64,000 nucleotides of DNA from positions 1,209,250 to 1,273,249 of the forward strand of contig NW_003314298.1 in the NCBI RefSeq assembly GCF_000143415.4. Reading direction: 5' to 3'. Positions within the stretch are counted from its first letter, which is position 1, and each line of letters opens with the position of its first letter. Below, piece by piece: positions 1 to 14,330 of this stretch. Position numbers and translations under genes: made by a program. The DNA comes from Selaginella moellendorffii (Eukaryota > Plantae > Lycopodiophyta). The notes beneath the pieces are model-generated. The model was given only the letters and a program-made list of their open reading frames with translations, did no database searches and had not been told where the DNA came from.

Positions 1-573
1 AACAATAATTTCACAGAAAGATACAAAGAAAATCTCATCTATTTTAATCTTTACTGACACATATAAATTATAGGTTTTATACACTAAAATTGAGTAAATT
101 CAAGAGTATCTCAAGTCTATTGTCTGATTTGATAAAAGCATGACACACTTTTAGCAAAAACTTTTTAGACTTAATGCTTATAATTGTTCAGGGAAACCAA
201 GTGCCATAAAAGTTTTTAAAAAGAGTTAAAATTATTTTTGAAATCATCAAGTCTTTTAATGATTGCAGAAAGGAGCCCAAATTTACTTAGCACTAAACAG
301 TACAACTAAATCATTCGAGACAAAAGAGATTTGGTTTCTACAATTATGCACAAATGATCCAGATACAAAATTACAAGATGTTTATAAAAGTTATAAGGGC
401 ATTCTACTTATCTTTTATCTTTAAAGGTAGTTTAGCTTGAAGCAACAGCCACAACAATTTTGTTGGATGGTGGGTTGTTAAATAGTGGTGGTTGCCAAAC
501 TTAGTGTTTACAAATTAATAGGATCCTTTCACAAATTTTTAATAATAGTAATCATCTCCACACACTATTGCAA

Positions 574-652
574 ATACATATATACATACATACATATATA
601 AATGTATGTTTTTTAAATATATCAATACATATGTATATACATGTATATATAT
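574..652. repeat. Imperfect (TA)n/(TACA)n microsatellite
   Basis: Run of atacatatatacatacatacatatata...atgtatatacatgtatatatata within an AT-rich, gene-free stretch. Confidence 0.7.
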
Positions 653-3600
653 AGTAATTTTTGATAAAATTTAGCTAGTTATATTCTGATATCCATCAAA
701 GCTAATGATAAAGTGCACTCATGACTTTAATATGACCATCGAGATGCTTTAGCCAGTACAAAATGCAAATGCATAAAGAAGGAAAAAGATAAAAAATAAT
801 ACTTTCTAACAATAAATTTTACTTACTGTGATATCTTTGAAACTAAATAGTTCATTTTGTCTAGTAGGTGGTTACATGTTACAGTGGTATAAAAATTGGT
901 AAAAAGTGATCAAAGTTTTTATGAAAATAAATGTAAACATCACAAAACTAGTTTAAAAATTAATTAACAACTTTTATATAAAAATTATAAGGTTTTTTTA
1001 GAGTAATTTCAATTACTTTTTTTTAATAATTTTTGTATATGATTGTAATGTAAATTTGTTCACAATACACTCAGCCACTTAACTCTTTTTCTATCCAAGA
1101 ATAACATAATATTAAGAAAATGTACACAAAGAACAAAGTAACTTACTTTATTCTTCAAACTAAAAAATCTTTGAAAATCACTAGTTTGCTCAACATCATA
1201 ACATTTTGGGTGTTTGAACCCAAATATGATCCTATGTTCCAAAAACCATAAAAACTTTCTTAGAGTCTAAAAAACCAAGTTTCCTCACAAAAGAAACATT
1301 TAAAATGTATAGTTATTGTCCTAATATGTTCCTCCTACCTTAAGGATTGTTTTTAATACATTGAATCTAAGTGATCAGAGCTGGTTCTTACAAGACATCG
1401 GTATTATAAGCTTTAGTCGGTTTACTTGTATGATGAAATCAATTATATCATATAACCATATAAAGTGAGATTTATACTTGAAGAGTTGTTTACTCACATA
1501 AGATAATAGTGTTTCATCTATGTCTCTCTCTTGGGTAGTTCCTAATATGTGCAAAAATGCATAAAATTGGTAATATAGAATCCAAGGCAAGAATTGTCTC
1601 ATGCCAAAGATGGGCTTTAAGATATAAACAGATGGTCTTTGCTTAAAATAGTGAAGCTAAAAATAAATCTCTAATTTTATCATACTAATAACAAAAGGAG
1701 ATTGGGAAAGCTATAGCCATGGCTAGTCCAACTCTCTCTCTATAAAATCTAGTGTGATTTGTTTAGAAATGCTAGCACCTAGAAGACATTAAAGCTTCTC
1801 ATTGCACTATGAGACTATATCAGGACAAATGTTAAGAGCACAAGCATTTCATTTGGCAAGGTTGCTTACAATGTTCTTGTTGTTGTTCATTTTGCAAGTA
1901 AAATGTCACTCTTAAAAATAACAAAAAATTTATTACCTTTGTCAACTATTGAAATGATCTATGTAGTGAGAAAGAAATCTACAAGTAAAATAAATATCAA
2001 GGTGCTTTCCCCGATATGGAAATATGCCTTAAACCAAGATGTCTCCTTCGGGTGGTAGGTCAAAGCTAGTGATTTGTTCTACCTGGTCACTAGGGTTGCC
2101 AAATTCCTTCTATCAACCTGAGAACTTTGGAAAAGATTTCACTTTATTTTTATCTCAAAGTTTTATGGTAGATAATGGAAAGAGCTTGTCTGAGAGAATT
2201 ACACACATACTTTCTGAAGTTATTGCAGATCTCTCTTCCTCTAAAAAGGGGAGCAAGTAAAGCCTTGGATTATGATCACACAAGATTAATCCATGGGGAT
2301 GGATCTTGGTAGTGCAAATTCAACTAAAGAGGGATTTGTGGTGTTGATGGTTCTCTCTTACCTATTTTAGTAATATCCAAGAATAAAATATTGATTACAA
2401 GTAGTGCAAGGCTCTTTCTCTCTCTTGATTCTCTTATGTAATGTTAAATTCCAGTTGATGCTAAGAATATTCTAGTAAGTACTTAATATTAAAAAAAAAG
2501 AAACTTACTTTTTCCAATAAAATCAAAGAAATAAAAAAAAGCGTCTATATCCAGGAACCTATGGAGTGGAAAGATCACAATCAAGATGCTACCCACTAAG
2601 CCCCTTATCCCAGCTATAGAGCCTTGTGCTAGTGGCTATGGTAGGCCCTAGTTGCCATCATGCAGGACATGGCCATAGCATGGGCTGGCTTGTAGTTAGA
2701 TTTGAAGAAAAAAAAACTAAGAATAGTATTGAACTTTGAAGTAGATGGAAGGAGTTTGTGTGTCAAGACTTGACACATTTCCTGCTAGGGAGAAAGGTCA
2801 AAAGAAAGTAGATTTACTTATAGCTGTGCAAAAGTTCCTTATATAAAAGCTATAATTTTGGAAGGGAGCAACATTTTAACTATGTGATTTATTTTTCATC
2901 ACACTCTATTTCCATGTGAGGCCATACCACAGTCAGTGGATCCCTTCAGGACAAAGACGTACTCATAAATGCCCAATATATAGAGTCATGTTTAAAAGAG
3001 TGTAATTGAATAGTCATTTATAGCTTTTGATGCTACAAATAAGTTAGTCACAAAAACTTTGCAAGTGTAAGTGCTAAGCATTTACATCCACTCTAGTTGC
3101 GTAGAGGAGGGGAAGAAATTACTAGCAAAGATCCTAGGATTGTCCTTTTCCAAAAGTTTGTAAAGAAACGAATAGGAAGAGGGGAAAAGGAAGAAATTCA
3201 GAAGTGCTCTTGCATCCTCCTCACCGCCAATAAGTTTTTTAGCAATTTATACAATCATAATTATCTTTTCATACATCTTTGTGACTAAGTTGATGAAGCA
3301 TACATTCAAAACCGAAAGAAAGAGTATAAGTACACCTATAGTAATAGAAGTTCAATTGCCAGATTCTGGTAACCAACGCTTTATAAAAATTTAGGAATTC
3401 ACCTTAAGCTCCTGAAGAACATAAATTTTAAATCATGGTTATCAAGAAAAATCTTCACTTACTTCTGTTGTCATTAAAGTGTTATAAAACTATTTGTGTT
3501 CTAGTCACCTAATACAACATCCAAGATCACAACTTTGAATGAATCACTCTTTTACCTTCTAGCAATTTTTGACAAAGTCACAGTGGTAGCTTTGTACTTG

Positions 3601-4859
3601 CATAAGATCCATCACGAAAGTGATATTGCCTAAGATCTAGAACAATATTTAGAGTGATAAAAGTTGATAGTAACATGAATTCTCTGGCCATCACCAAAAC
3701 GTTAAAATCAAATGGGAAAAACCATAAGTTCACCTCTTGAGTAAAAGTTGCACCAACTGCACATATAACTAACTCAAACCCCCAGTAGAGTGTATATATA
3801 TACCTTTGAAAGAGCCAGAAGCTACATTTTGATTATGGTGGATATTTAGACCCAATCGTTCCATCCTCTTCATCTCACATCACAAAAAGAACTGGTGATA
3901 GCAGATTACTCATTCCTATAAGAAAATAGTGGTTTTTAACAGATCATGCTATACTTGACAGTAGCCCAGATCAAAGTTGTAACATAAGTGATTAAAATGT
4001 CATGGATCAAATCGTTGCTGCCATCATAATGCACACAGGTGTTGGGAAGACACCATCGTCCTCTAAACGTAAGCAGAATCATGGTTCAGCCACAGCTGAA
4101 TGTCTGCCACAAGCTCATGCAACATATCCTAACGCTGTCATGTAAGATGCTTGCAAGCTCGCTCAACGATGAAGCACTCACTGATTCTAGAATATGCAAG
4201 GAGCTGGTCCTTGGATTCACTGTAGACGCCAAAAGCCTCACCACAGTGCTCAAGTTGTAGCCTAGGGATGTGGGGCTTGGAAGGAGAGCTCGGCATGTGG
4301 AATTCTATTAGAGAGAGATGCTGATGTATCGAGTTGGACATGTCCTCTAGCAACCAGCAGATTTTTTATTCCATGGTGGCCAGGAGCATTGAGCCCTAGA
4401 ACTCACTACAGCCGGGTAGGAGATATCAAAAAAGGAGAACTCTGACTCAAGAAAGTTAGCAGAGGATGAGCAATTCTCACAATTGATTGACATAGGCCTA
4501 ACTCCATGTATTTCTTACACTGTCTAAGACGATTTCAATGAATTTTGTCTTTAGGTTTGTTAGAAGAAAAGATTGTGTTGAGGATTATGAGATTGGAGTG
4601 CTATTACTGGAAAAATTTATGTAACTCATAAATGAAGTGGAAGCATATGGCAAATGCCATTAATTCTTGGGCTATTTGAGAATAAAACTTATTTTTTACA
4701 TATTTTGACAAACTGCTGGGAACTACTCTATTAATAATACAGACCTGGAACTATGTTGCCTTGGTTTTTCTTTTACTATTGTAACTTAACATTATCTATT
4801 GCAGAAAGTTTTCTAGCTAGTGGACTTCCATCCCTTTCTCCGGCTTCACGAGCTTCATG

Positions 4860-5670
4860 AGCTTCCCATGAATTCGCTCGAACAGCTCTTGTGTAGCCAG
4901 GCTTGCACATGCCAGAATTGCAGCAACAGAAAACCTTGGCGCCTGCTACACACCCTCCATATCTGACTACATCCTTGAGAAGAAATCCAAGGCTACCTCG
5001 GCTTCACCGTTTTGAGAATGTCCCAGTATAACTGTCGTCCAGAAGACAACACCTCGACGGCAATGCCTTTGAAAACTCCACGGGCCTCCACCATGTTGAC
5101 AAGCTTTGCATATATGTCCACTATGGCTGGTGATGAATACATCAGACTCATAGCCGCTGCAGGCAAGCCAATCTAAACACGTGGAAAAGCCTTGTCACTG
5201 TGATCGGAGCCTTTTGGTCTCGCTGCCAAAGGCCTTAGCACCGCAACGAACGGTTGACCATCTGGCACGCATCCCTCGCATTGCGTGAGAGAGAAGAAAT
5301 AGATGACCTTGTTCATTCAGGACGTGGCCCAGGATCAAACTTGTCCACGACACAACGGTTGGCCGGAGAATCCCTCGAAAGACTCCTCAATTCTCCCACA
5401 CTTCGAATAGAAAGCTATGAGCACATTACACACACGTAGATGTTGGAAAGAAATGCATACTTGTTAGCTTGAGCGTGCAAATGACAAAGCTCTGCGAAAC
5501 CGTCAACGTTCCTGCGGTGGAATATCTCTAGAGCTAGGTATTCCTTACTGCTCTCAACGTAGCCAAGGATGAGCGACGTCCACGACGCAACGGTGCAGTG
5601 GCAACGATTCATGCCCTCAAAGATCCAGCGCGCTTCCGCCATTGGCGTACATGTGAATCAGCGCATTACA
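4860..5670 (-). pseudogene. Degenerate PLS-class PPR gene fragment
   Basis: Minus-strand fragments MAEARWIFEGM..TVASWTSLILGY..ALEIF and GYESDVF..IVDIYAK..EARGVF..VVFWTTVILGHSQNGEAEVAL are broken by frameshifts and deletions. Confidence 0.75.
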
Positions 5671-5857
5671 TTCTAGGAATAGCTGAGCCAATCGATCAAC
5701 CGTAGATCAAAAGCATATTCCTAGATGATTATTTATTATATTATTTATTATTGTTTTCAAGTTATTTGGTTGGAACGAATGATTTTAATGAACTTTTGGT
5801 TGCAAAGCTCTGATTACAGGTAAGTGGTTATTCCAGTTTTTGCTTCCCCCCGAATTT

Positions 5858-7413
5858 TTACGAAACCAAGGACACAAGAGACACATATTCTGCCGACTGG
5901 CGCCCTTTGGTCTTGATATTGATGATGAAGTGCTCCGGGTATCTCCGGAGGAGTCCAAGCAGCCCGTCCCATGGCCTTGCTCCATCTTCCTCCGTCTTCA
6001 CCTCCACAACCTTCCACACCTTTGCTGGGGAGCAAATGCTTGAGTAGTGCTCCGGAGCATGCAGCTACAAGAGAACAAGTTCACCGGAAACAAAAACAAC
6101 GAAGAACTCGCGTGAGAAACTTTGTTCTGCTAGTAATCTCCATGTATGAAAGAAAAAGGAACGGGTTTAGAGAGTTAAGTACCTCGTTAAACAGCTCCAC
6201 GATTGGCATCCACTCGCCAGGGCCGCAGAGGTCAGACAGCACGGAGCCAATGGCCGCTACAACCTCCCTCTCCTCGGCCGAAGTGTAAGGAGGTGGTTTC
6301 TCTGCGCACGGCACGCACCAAGTTAGAACCTTGACAACGATGCTTGGACTGGGGCCAAATGAGAGGAAAGAGCTTCTTATAAGTAACAAACAATGCTTAA
6401 GCTGCGAAAAGAAAGCGGAAGAGAAAGAGAGGGAGGGAGGGATCTTTACTGCTCAAGCGCTCGACGAATCCAAACCTCCCAATCTCTCATCTATATCGAC
6501 AACAAGAGACGGACGTTAGTATAGAGCTCAAGAGAAAGAAGAAAAGAGAATCAAGTTCTAAAAAACTGGACGAAAACCATGACTGGAATGAAAGTAGAAG
6601 GAAGAGATCACACACAAACGTAAGTTTCATACCCAGTTCTCTTTGGTTTCTTAAATCTTCACAGCTTTCTACAAGAACAAAGCACTCAAACAACAGTCAC
6701 TCTAGAAAACCTTCCCGCTAAGGCTAATACTTCTCTCTTCTGCTCTAGAAAAGTTTTTACGTACCGGATGAATAGGCAGGACCTCCAGAGGGTGGTGGCG
6801 TCGAGTGAGGATGAGGATACACGCCATTTCCACCGCTGCTTCCACTGGCGATCGAAAGTCCTGCCTGCATCGCTGCTGCTGCTGAAAGTGCCGCTGCCTC
6901 CCCTCCAGCCGATTTCCTCTTCTTCGATTCTTTTCGAGAAGAGCCATCTTCCGCCTTGGATTGCTTCGACCGCTTCTTGCCGCTAGATCCTCCTCCGGGA
7001 GCCGCCAGAGCAATGGGAGCCGGAGCCACCATCGTCGGGAGAGGAGGCGGAGGAGGAGTGGGCTTGGCGATGGAGATCTGCTTCGTGGGTAGCAAGAAGT
7101 AGAACTTCTTCTCGCCAATCTGGAGCAAGTCCTGGGAGTCGAGCTTGACGTGGGAGGTGCCGCGGAGATACAAGACACCCTCGACGTAGCACCCATTCTT
7201 GCTAAGGACCTCCAGCGCGAATCTCTTCCTGCCAAAGTCGTAGTAAATCCGTGCGTGCTGCCGGGAGATGTTCATGCCCCCGCCCATGCTAGCCAGATCC
7301 ACATCCACTGTCGACTTCTTGCTGTTTCTCCCCAGGATGATCGAGTAAGTCTGCATGTAGTACTCGAAATCTTCGCCTTGGAGCTTTGCAAACCCTGCCT
7401 CCAACTCCCCCAT
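5858..7413 (-). CDS. FHA2: FHA domain-containing protein (plant FHA1/FHA2 type), 3 exons (~7413-6765, 6301-6183, 6064-5858)
   Basis: N-terminus ELEAGFAKLQGEDFEYYMQTYSIILGRNSKKSTVDVDL..MNISRQHARI is the conserved plant FHA domain. Spliced C-terminus SDLCGPGEWMPI..RPWDGLLGLLRRYPEHFIINIKTKGRQSAEYVSLVSLVS* matches the family's conserved tail. GT-AG introns keep the frame. Confidence 0.9.
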
Positions 7414-7855
7414 CGCTAGATCTGTTCTCTAGGACCAATGCCCTCCCCTGGAGCTCTCCACTGTTCTTCCCTATCTCCCCATAGAGAAAAAAAAACCCTC
7501 TCTCCTGCCGAAATTCTTAAAAAATGCCGGTGATTCTCTCGAGATTGCTGGAGCAATCAATGATCTGGCGAAAGATTTGGAGTAAGCGGCGCTGGAGCTA
7601 AGGAAATCTCGGGTCTAATCGATGGGACTTACCAGTGACCATCACTCTTGGGCCTTGGCGCTCGAGCTCCCGGATTTCTTCCCACTCGCGACGATTAAAA
7701 GCCCTAGCCCATGGAGCCCCAACGGCCAGATTTTGGCCACGTCGTTGCGATCCAACGTTCCGGGAGACTCGAGTATGAATGTCCTTAAAAACAGCATGCG
7801 TATGCCACGAGAGAAAATCCGTCCGTGGTAGCGGCTCGTTAGGGTTTAGGAGTGG
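7414..7855. promoter_or_regulatory. Divergent promoter region shared by the FHA and CLSY-like genes
   Basis: Head-to-head ATGs ~440 bp apart; telo-box TAGGGTTT at ~7840 and site II-like TGGGCC at ~7649. Confidence 0.5.
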
Positions 7856-10800
7856 ATGGATTCGTCCAGCGGACCGATCGTTCTCTCCACCTCGTCATCC
7901 GACTCCTCCTCCTCGTCCGATCGCAGCGCCAGCGCCAGCAGCAGCGATTCTGAGTCTTCCGCCGTCGAGATCGTCTCCGGGCCAGCGAAATCAGGTGAGA
8001 TTTCGCGTCCTGGAGCTCGTTTCTCCGCATATTTCGAGGGATATCCTGAGGCTTTTGCCGCTTCTTGGATCCAGCATTGCCGTTTTCTTTCGCATCTTGC
8101 CGCAAGCGCGGGACGCGCGCTCAATGCAAGACCTGCTGCCATTTCAAATTCAACAAGGCGAGCACCGAGCTCACACCACAGCCGTGTAAGCCTTGTCATT
8201 CTAAGCAGATTTTTTTCTTCTCGTTCCAACCGGTACTTGAGCTCATAACTCTCTTCCATTTTCTCCCATCTTTCTCTGTTTTTCTTGCACAGCTCTCGAA
8301 GTTTTCTTCCGCGATCGCTGGTGGACTGTGGATTCCATACGTGAAGAGGAAGCCAGTAGCGGCGCTTACATTGTCCGCTGTGTGGAATTCGAGAAGAAGG
8401 ACGTGAGAATAGATTTGCAATGCATCAGACTTAGCAGTCGAAGGGCGAGCGACGAAGACTGCATTCTTCTCAAAGAAGGCGTGGATGTTTGCGTCTTTGC
8501 TCGTCACCCACAGACTAATGTGAAGGTAAGCTAGTATCTTCTTTTGAGTTTGTGACTTTCTATCTTCTGGGTTTGTGACTTCCACTCTTTCTGTGTAGGC
8601 TTGGCATGACGCTAACATTGACAAAGTTCACAAAAGACCACACGACACTAAATGCGACTGTAGGATAATCGTTAAACTGTACAGCATCGGTGACAAGGTA
8701 ACAGACTTGACAACACTAAAACACAAACCTGAGACTGTAGGCATTGCGAGGATAAAAATCTTGCAAGCGCCCAACCACATTGACTTCGAGGAGGTCGTGC
8801 AAGCGGCAATCCGGCCGGGATTGACGAAACGGGTATGGTCTCGTGACGTTGGCTCAATCAAGAGCAAACATGATGGAAGCAGATACGGCCTGGGAATCCA
8901 ACGCCACCGTCACCACCACCACGATCACCACCACAGACATGGCTGCTACGAGCTCGAAGTAATTGACGACGACTCCTCCAGCGACGACTTTGAGGCCTTG
9001 TTGGACGCAGAGCTTCGCCCGACTGAGGTACTAGACTCGGATGAAGAGGACTACGTTGACAGACTAAACGAAAGAACGTATGTGTCACCGAGAAAGCCTG
9101 TCCAGGGAGTACGCAGGTCGAAGGAGAAAGCGAAGAAAACCAAGAGGCCTGGGAATGAACAGACTTTAAGGCACCGAGAGAAAAGCTCGTCTAGAAGGGA
9201 CTCTTTGAAGGACAAATCGCCCAGGGTGAAGAAGAAAAGCAAGTCTTTAAAGCGTAAGCGTGAAGATGACAGGGCCACTCGTGGTGACAGGGCGAGCGCT
9301 CACAGAAAGAAAAGTAGAAAAAGGACAGAGACAGACATTTACACACACTTAGGGGAGGAGAACCTTGAAAAGGAACAAGGATATCTAGTAAGCCTGGAAG
9401 ATTATTGGAACAGAAAGCATGTTAGTTTCGAGCCAGAGCCGACAATGGAAGAGAAAATCTTGAGGGAAATGGAAATGGTGTTTCCAAGAAAAACTGAAGA
9501 AGATGAGGTCAGTGATTCTAGTATATCATGCATGCTCACAATAATTCCTGTTTTTTACAGGCACCACGCATGAGCAGCTTTGACGATATATGTGAGGTAC
9601 ACGACTACGTTTTGAACGAGTTGGTGGGACTTATTTGCAGTGTATGTGGATACGTTGGGATTCCTATCGAAGAGATGGCGCCACATCCGGTAAGCTCGTT
9701 TGATTTCTACAGATATACTAGCGCTAAAGTTTTTTGCAGGACTGGAGCTTCAGGCTGCCGCAGAACGTACTTGAAAATCCGGATCCCTTCATCAGAAGGC
9801 CGGAACTCAACGATCTAAACGACGATCTGGCTGACGACCCTTACTTTCCCAGTACTGACACAAGAAGAAGCTTACATGCCCATCAAAGACGTGCCGTGCG
9901 CTTCATGAAGAGAAACATCGTGGACGAGGAGGGAGGCTGCATTCTGGCACACGCCCCTGGCACCGGCAAGACGTTTGCCACGGTTTACTTCTATTCAAAG
10001 TACAAAGAGATCATGGCGGGATGCCGGCTGCTCGTGCTTTGTCCGAAGATGGTCCAGAACGTATGGAGAGAAGAGTTTCGGAAATCCCAGATGGACACAC
10101 CATTCTTCTTGAGCTCTCGGAAGTCAAGGCGGCTAGAGGTCCTCTCACGGTGGCACAGGCAACGGGGCGTGCTGGTGATGGGCTTCACCTTGTTTATGAA
10201 GATGAGCTTGAAGAAGGAGTACCGCAGCTACATGCTCGAGAGCCCGGAGCTGGTGATCCTGGACGAGGGGCACACGCTGCGATCGAATGGGACGCTGCTC
10301 AGGAACGCAGTGATGAATATGAAGACCAAGCTGCGGATACTGCTGTCCGGCACCTTGTTCCAGAACACGTTCGAGGAGCTCTTCAACCTCATCTTTCTCG
10401 CGAGGCCCAACTTCATCCAGCAGCTCCAGATGGAGGACCGAGCTCGGAGGTGGTTCATCAAGGAGATAGGCAGGAAGTTCGACGACGGTCATGGCCACAG
10501 GGAGATGCAAGCCGCGCAGATGAAGCTGGTGAAGATGACGCAGGGATTCACGGACCACTACACGGGTGCCATCCTCACGGAGGTCCTCCCGGGGCTACGG
10601 GACTACGAGATAACCACGGTCATGACGGAGCTCCAGCACAAGCTGGTGGCCGCAGTGGCGGGCACGCTCGAGATGGACATCACCCGGACCAGGATCTCCA
10701 TCCACCCGCTGCTGAGGAGCGCCGAGGCCGCCGGGGGGGACTTCTCCGCCGTGGCGGCGGAGGTGGTGGACGTGCGCGCCAGCATGAAGACGGCGTTCGT

Positions 10801-11419
10801 GATGAAGCTCATCGAGCTGTGCCAGTGCGCCAACGAGAAGGTGCTCGTGTTTGGCGAGTTCCTGGCGCCATTCCACCTGCTGCTGCGCATGCTGGAGCTG
10901 GAGCGCGGGTGGTCGCGGGACAAGGAGGTGGTGTTCCTCCACGGGGCGCTGGTGACCGAGGAGCGACACGAACTTATGGACAGGTTCAACGCGGAGGGGT
11001 CCGAGGCGCGCGTGTGCCTGGCGTCCATCCGAGCCTGCGCCGAGGGGATCACGCTCGTCGGGGCCTCGAGAGTGGTGCTGCTCCATCCGGTGTGGAACCC
11101 GGCGCAGACCAACCAGGCGATCAGCCGGGCGTTCCGGCTTGGGCAGAAGCGCAAGGTGTTCGTCTACCGGCTGGTGACGGAGGTGGAGAGAGTGAAGAAC
11201 TCGCGGACAAAGTGGAAGGACTTTTGCTCCGAGGCCATCTTCGAGACGGCTGGGAGCGCCGCGCCGAGGCCGCAAGAGCCGGCGTCGCTGAGTGCGGAGG
11301 AGATTTTCAGCGAGGACAAGCTGCTGGCGCAGATCCACGCCGAGGGGATGGTGTTGCGGGTGTGTTACAGGGATCACTTCTTCGAACAGGGGGAGAATCA
11401 AACTCCCGGCTCACAGTGA
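7856..11419 (+). CDS. CLSY: CLASSY/DRD1-family SNF2 chromatin remodeler with N-terminal SAWADEE-like domain (~6 exons)
   Basis: SNF2 motifs HAPGTGKT, ILDEGH, LSGTLFQN, CAEGITLVGASRVVLL, WNP..QAISRAFRLGQ. Family Cys motif CEVHDYVLNELVGLICSVCGYV. N-terminal LEVFFRDRWW..IRLSSRRASDEDC..LKEGVDVCV..WHDA..PHDTKCDC..IKILQ resembles CLSY1/2. Introns near 7995-8073, 8186-8292, 8526-8598, 9508-9560 and 9689-9739 keep the frame. Confidence 0.85.
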
Positions 11420-11899
11420 ATCGTTTCATCCGATTTGGGTGACATAGCTGTCATTTTCTTTTCTGATGGTTACCATTGATTTTCAATGAATGGTCCAAGA
11501 CAGGAAATCGCTACCTGATGGAAAGCTATTCATGCACTACACGAACATCCCATAGCGAGTTTTTGGGATAACTACAATGAGTATAACGGCGCAAATACAA
11601 AAGAGCTGCTCAACAAGGCGAACAAGAAGTCCCCCACTACATGATCCCCTCAAACATCCATCCCCAGATCTAGAAGATGAACAGGAAGCAGCCATCCAGC
11701 AATCTCCAGAAGAGGATGGCCAAAATGGTGACAGTCACCGATGCAGCTGCTTATATCTTTAAAAAAGCAAGCACAGCAGGTAAAGAACAAGCCACTGGAG
11801 GTTGGTCATAAGGAGAGCTAACGTGCTGCATGGCAAAGATCTCGAAGTTCTTCCCTTGTGTGATGTTTGATTTCTCTTGTTGAAATGTTGAGATCTTAT

Positions 11900-13190
11900 C
11901 TCATCTGTTAAGTACAAAGAGATGGTGCAAAGCCACCACATAAAGAGAGGAGCTATAGGTAGCATTGATCTCTATCGAGAGCGTAGGCTGGACAATCCTA
12001 GAAATTTCTATCTGGGTGGCCACCACTCGGCAATAGATCCAATGGCTGCGTCACACCAAGAGGTGAGCTTGGACGCCCATGGACTGGATTTTCCCAGTTT
12101 GAATTGTACATGGGAATCCCAGAGGCAACGACTCCCAGAGTTTTAGAGATTCACTTTGTTTTGATAAGAACTAGAAAATGGATCTTCGCTTCAAAGTGGT
12201 TATATCGACTTGCCAAGGCATTTGACAGACATCACTGAGCTGCCATCATTGAGCTTTACAAATTGGTGAAACTACAAATCTTTAATGGTCATCAACCATA
12301 CGCAAAAGTGTCCACTCTCCCCTACGTTGTTTGCAATAGACATTGGGGCGTTGGAAGTGATATTAAAGGAGAAGAATTATCGTATACTCGCTTCTATATG
12401 CTGACGTCTTGCTGCTGGTTGCCCCGGATCCAGACACACTCGAGAGCTTCTGTGTGGAGGCAGGAATGCAAGTGAACTTGGCCAAAACGCAGATAATATC
12501 TTCCAGGATATATTTCTATGATGGTGAGCTTGTGAAGAAACTTAAGCTTACTGAAGGCCATGAGAAAGCCGCAAAAATGGCATATTATAGTTTCTAGTCA
12601 GACTGCCATAACAATACAGTCACAGATTGGAAGACTATTCTATAATGCTAAAGTGCCACCAGTTGCCCTTTATGCACGTGAAGTCAGCTCCAGGACTACC
12701 CCGATATATATCTGGGGTATGTTAGAAGCACTTCACACAAACTTCATCCAGCATGAACCACAGTGGAAGGAATTGCAAGAATGGATGGAACACCTGCTAT
12801 CCAATCATTGGAACAACCAATATTGGATAGACCAAGCTATGCAAAATTGGCTTGTCACAACTGCTACAAAATATGAGATTTATCGTGTTATGGTCATTGA
12901 ACAAGGACAACATTGCAGGCCTTGTGTACTGCAGGAATATCACGCTGTAACCAAAAGCAAGTCGAGGATGTGTACCACGTCCTCTTTGACTGCCCACTGT
13001 ATCCGAAACCAGAGCCATGGGCGAGATCACTGCTTGGCTCCAAAACTCCAGACTGTGACTTGGTTCTTCAAAGAGATGGAGAGGATCTGCAAAGAGTGTG
13101 AACAACAACTAGAAACTAACGAACTAGCTATTGGACTATATCTTATAGAAAAAGTTCTCTTTTCATTATACTCCCCTCATAGATAATATG
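11900..13190 (+). mobile_element. Heavily deleted non-LTR (LINE) retrotransposon ORF2 relic
   Basis: Fragments D..AKAFD (~12205), LLYADV (~12390; YADD in the duplicate), LESFCVEAGMQVNLAKTQI, and C-terminal zinc-finger CTAGISRCNQKQVEDVYHVLFDCPLY; many frameshifts. Confidence 0.75.
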
Positions 13191-13399
13191 GTGTGATGCT
13201 TGAGTATAGTCTCTATTGGTGTGGTGATACCTATATAAGCCTTTTATCTACACGATAAATCAGCCGCAAAAGGATGAGAAGCATAGGCCTTTGTCTTCAA
13301 ATCTAAGGAGATATGTTCAATCTAAGGAGGTATTCAGATATATTTTTCTTATTATGTGTGTATGATCTCAAGAAACAAATGGAGTGATACTCTTCTAGA

Positions 13400-14330
13400 G
13401 CAAGTTTGAAAGTACCAACTCGGCTACTAGACCAACATGGCTGCACGAAGTTACTCGTCCGGCTTGACACCCTCGAGATTCATAAGCTGGAAGACTTCCA
13501 CTGCTCGATCATAGTGCCAGTTCTGAGGGTTTTTCGTCCAGGAAACCAAGGTGCACATTTGCATGCTCTCCAACATGCTTCTGGCGGTGCTCAAGTTGAA
13601 AGTTGCGTGAGAGCTATCCAGCAGACATGCGCAGGATCTCGTGAACGGCCTCGTCAAAATGCCCATTCTCGCAAATGCGAGGATCCACGGTACTGGATTC
13701 TTATTTGATCGAAGATGTTCTTCATGAGGGCGACGAAGCCCTGGTGGCTGTCGTCATCGCCGTCCACGCACCACGTCTTGATCTGGCATGAAATCAAAGA
13801 TCTCTTTCACGGTGGCCAAATCCCCCCTCTGATGAAGGGGAACCGATGGAACGTCCTGTCATTCCGGGGGTAGCACAGTCGTAGGACACGAGATCCTTGG
13901 AGACATTTTGTCGAAGGTCTTTCGCTGCCAGAATTTGCCCCTGGTGCGTGAGCGCCATTATCATCGAGTTCCATGACGCTCTGAGAAGCAATCAAACATA
14001 GACTCTCAGTCACGGATCCGGGATGCTGCCACATACGCGGTTCCAAGAGACGGAACTCCGATTCCCGGACTGGGCATACAGTGTAATGAGTGAGTTCCAT
14101 GCAAGCACGTCATGATCCGGCATGGAATCGAAGGTCTTGTTTGCCTGGCCGCGATTGGAGCTCTGAATGGAGGATTGTATTACTGTGTTGCAGGACACGA
14201 GATTCCTCTGGGGCATTCAATCGAACAAGATTGACGCTGCGTCGATCGAATGCGCCATCGCGACCAGTGTTCTTGCTGCATTTGCCAGTGAAAGGGAATA
14301 TCGCGCGATCCAAGAGCCGAACCCTGCGCG
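13400..14330 (-). pseudogene. PLS-class PPR pseudogene
   Basis: MPQRNLVSCNTVI, FDSMPDHDVLAWNSLITLYAQSG, SWNSMIMALTHQGQILAAK and AVEVFQLMNLEGVKPDE lie in shifting frames. Confidence 0.85.

Noticed and set aside
4039-4450. Possible plus-strand PPR remnant
   Set aside because: Only faint motif resemblance, too degenerate to call.
10021-11442. Long alternative-frame and antisense ORFs over the CLSY-like gene (similarly 23320-24468, 49130-50083, 59912-60775)
   Set aside because: Shadow ORFs caused by high GC3 in real genes; no domain features.
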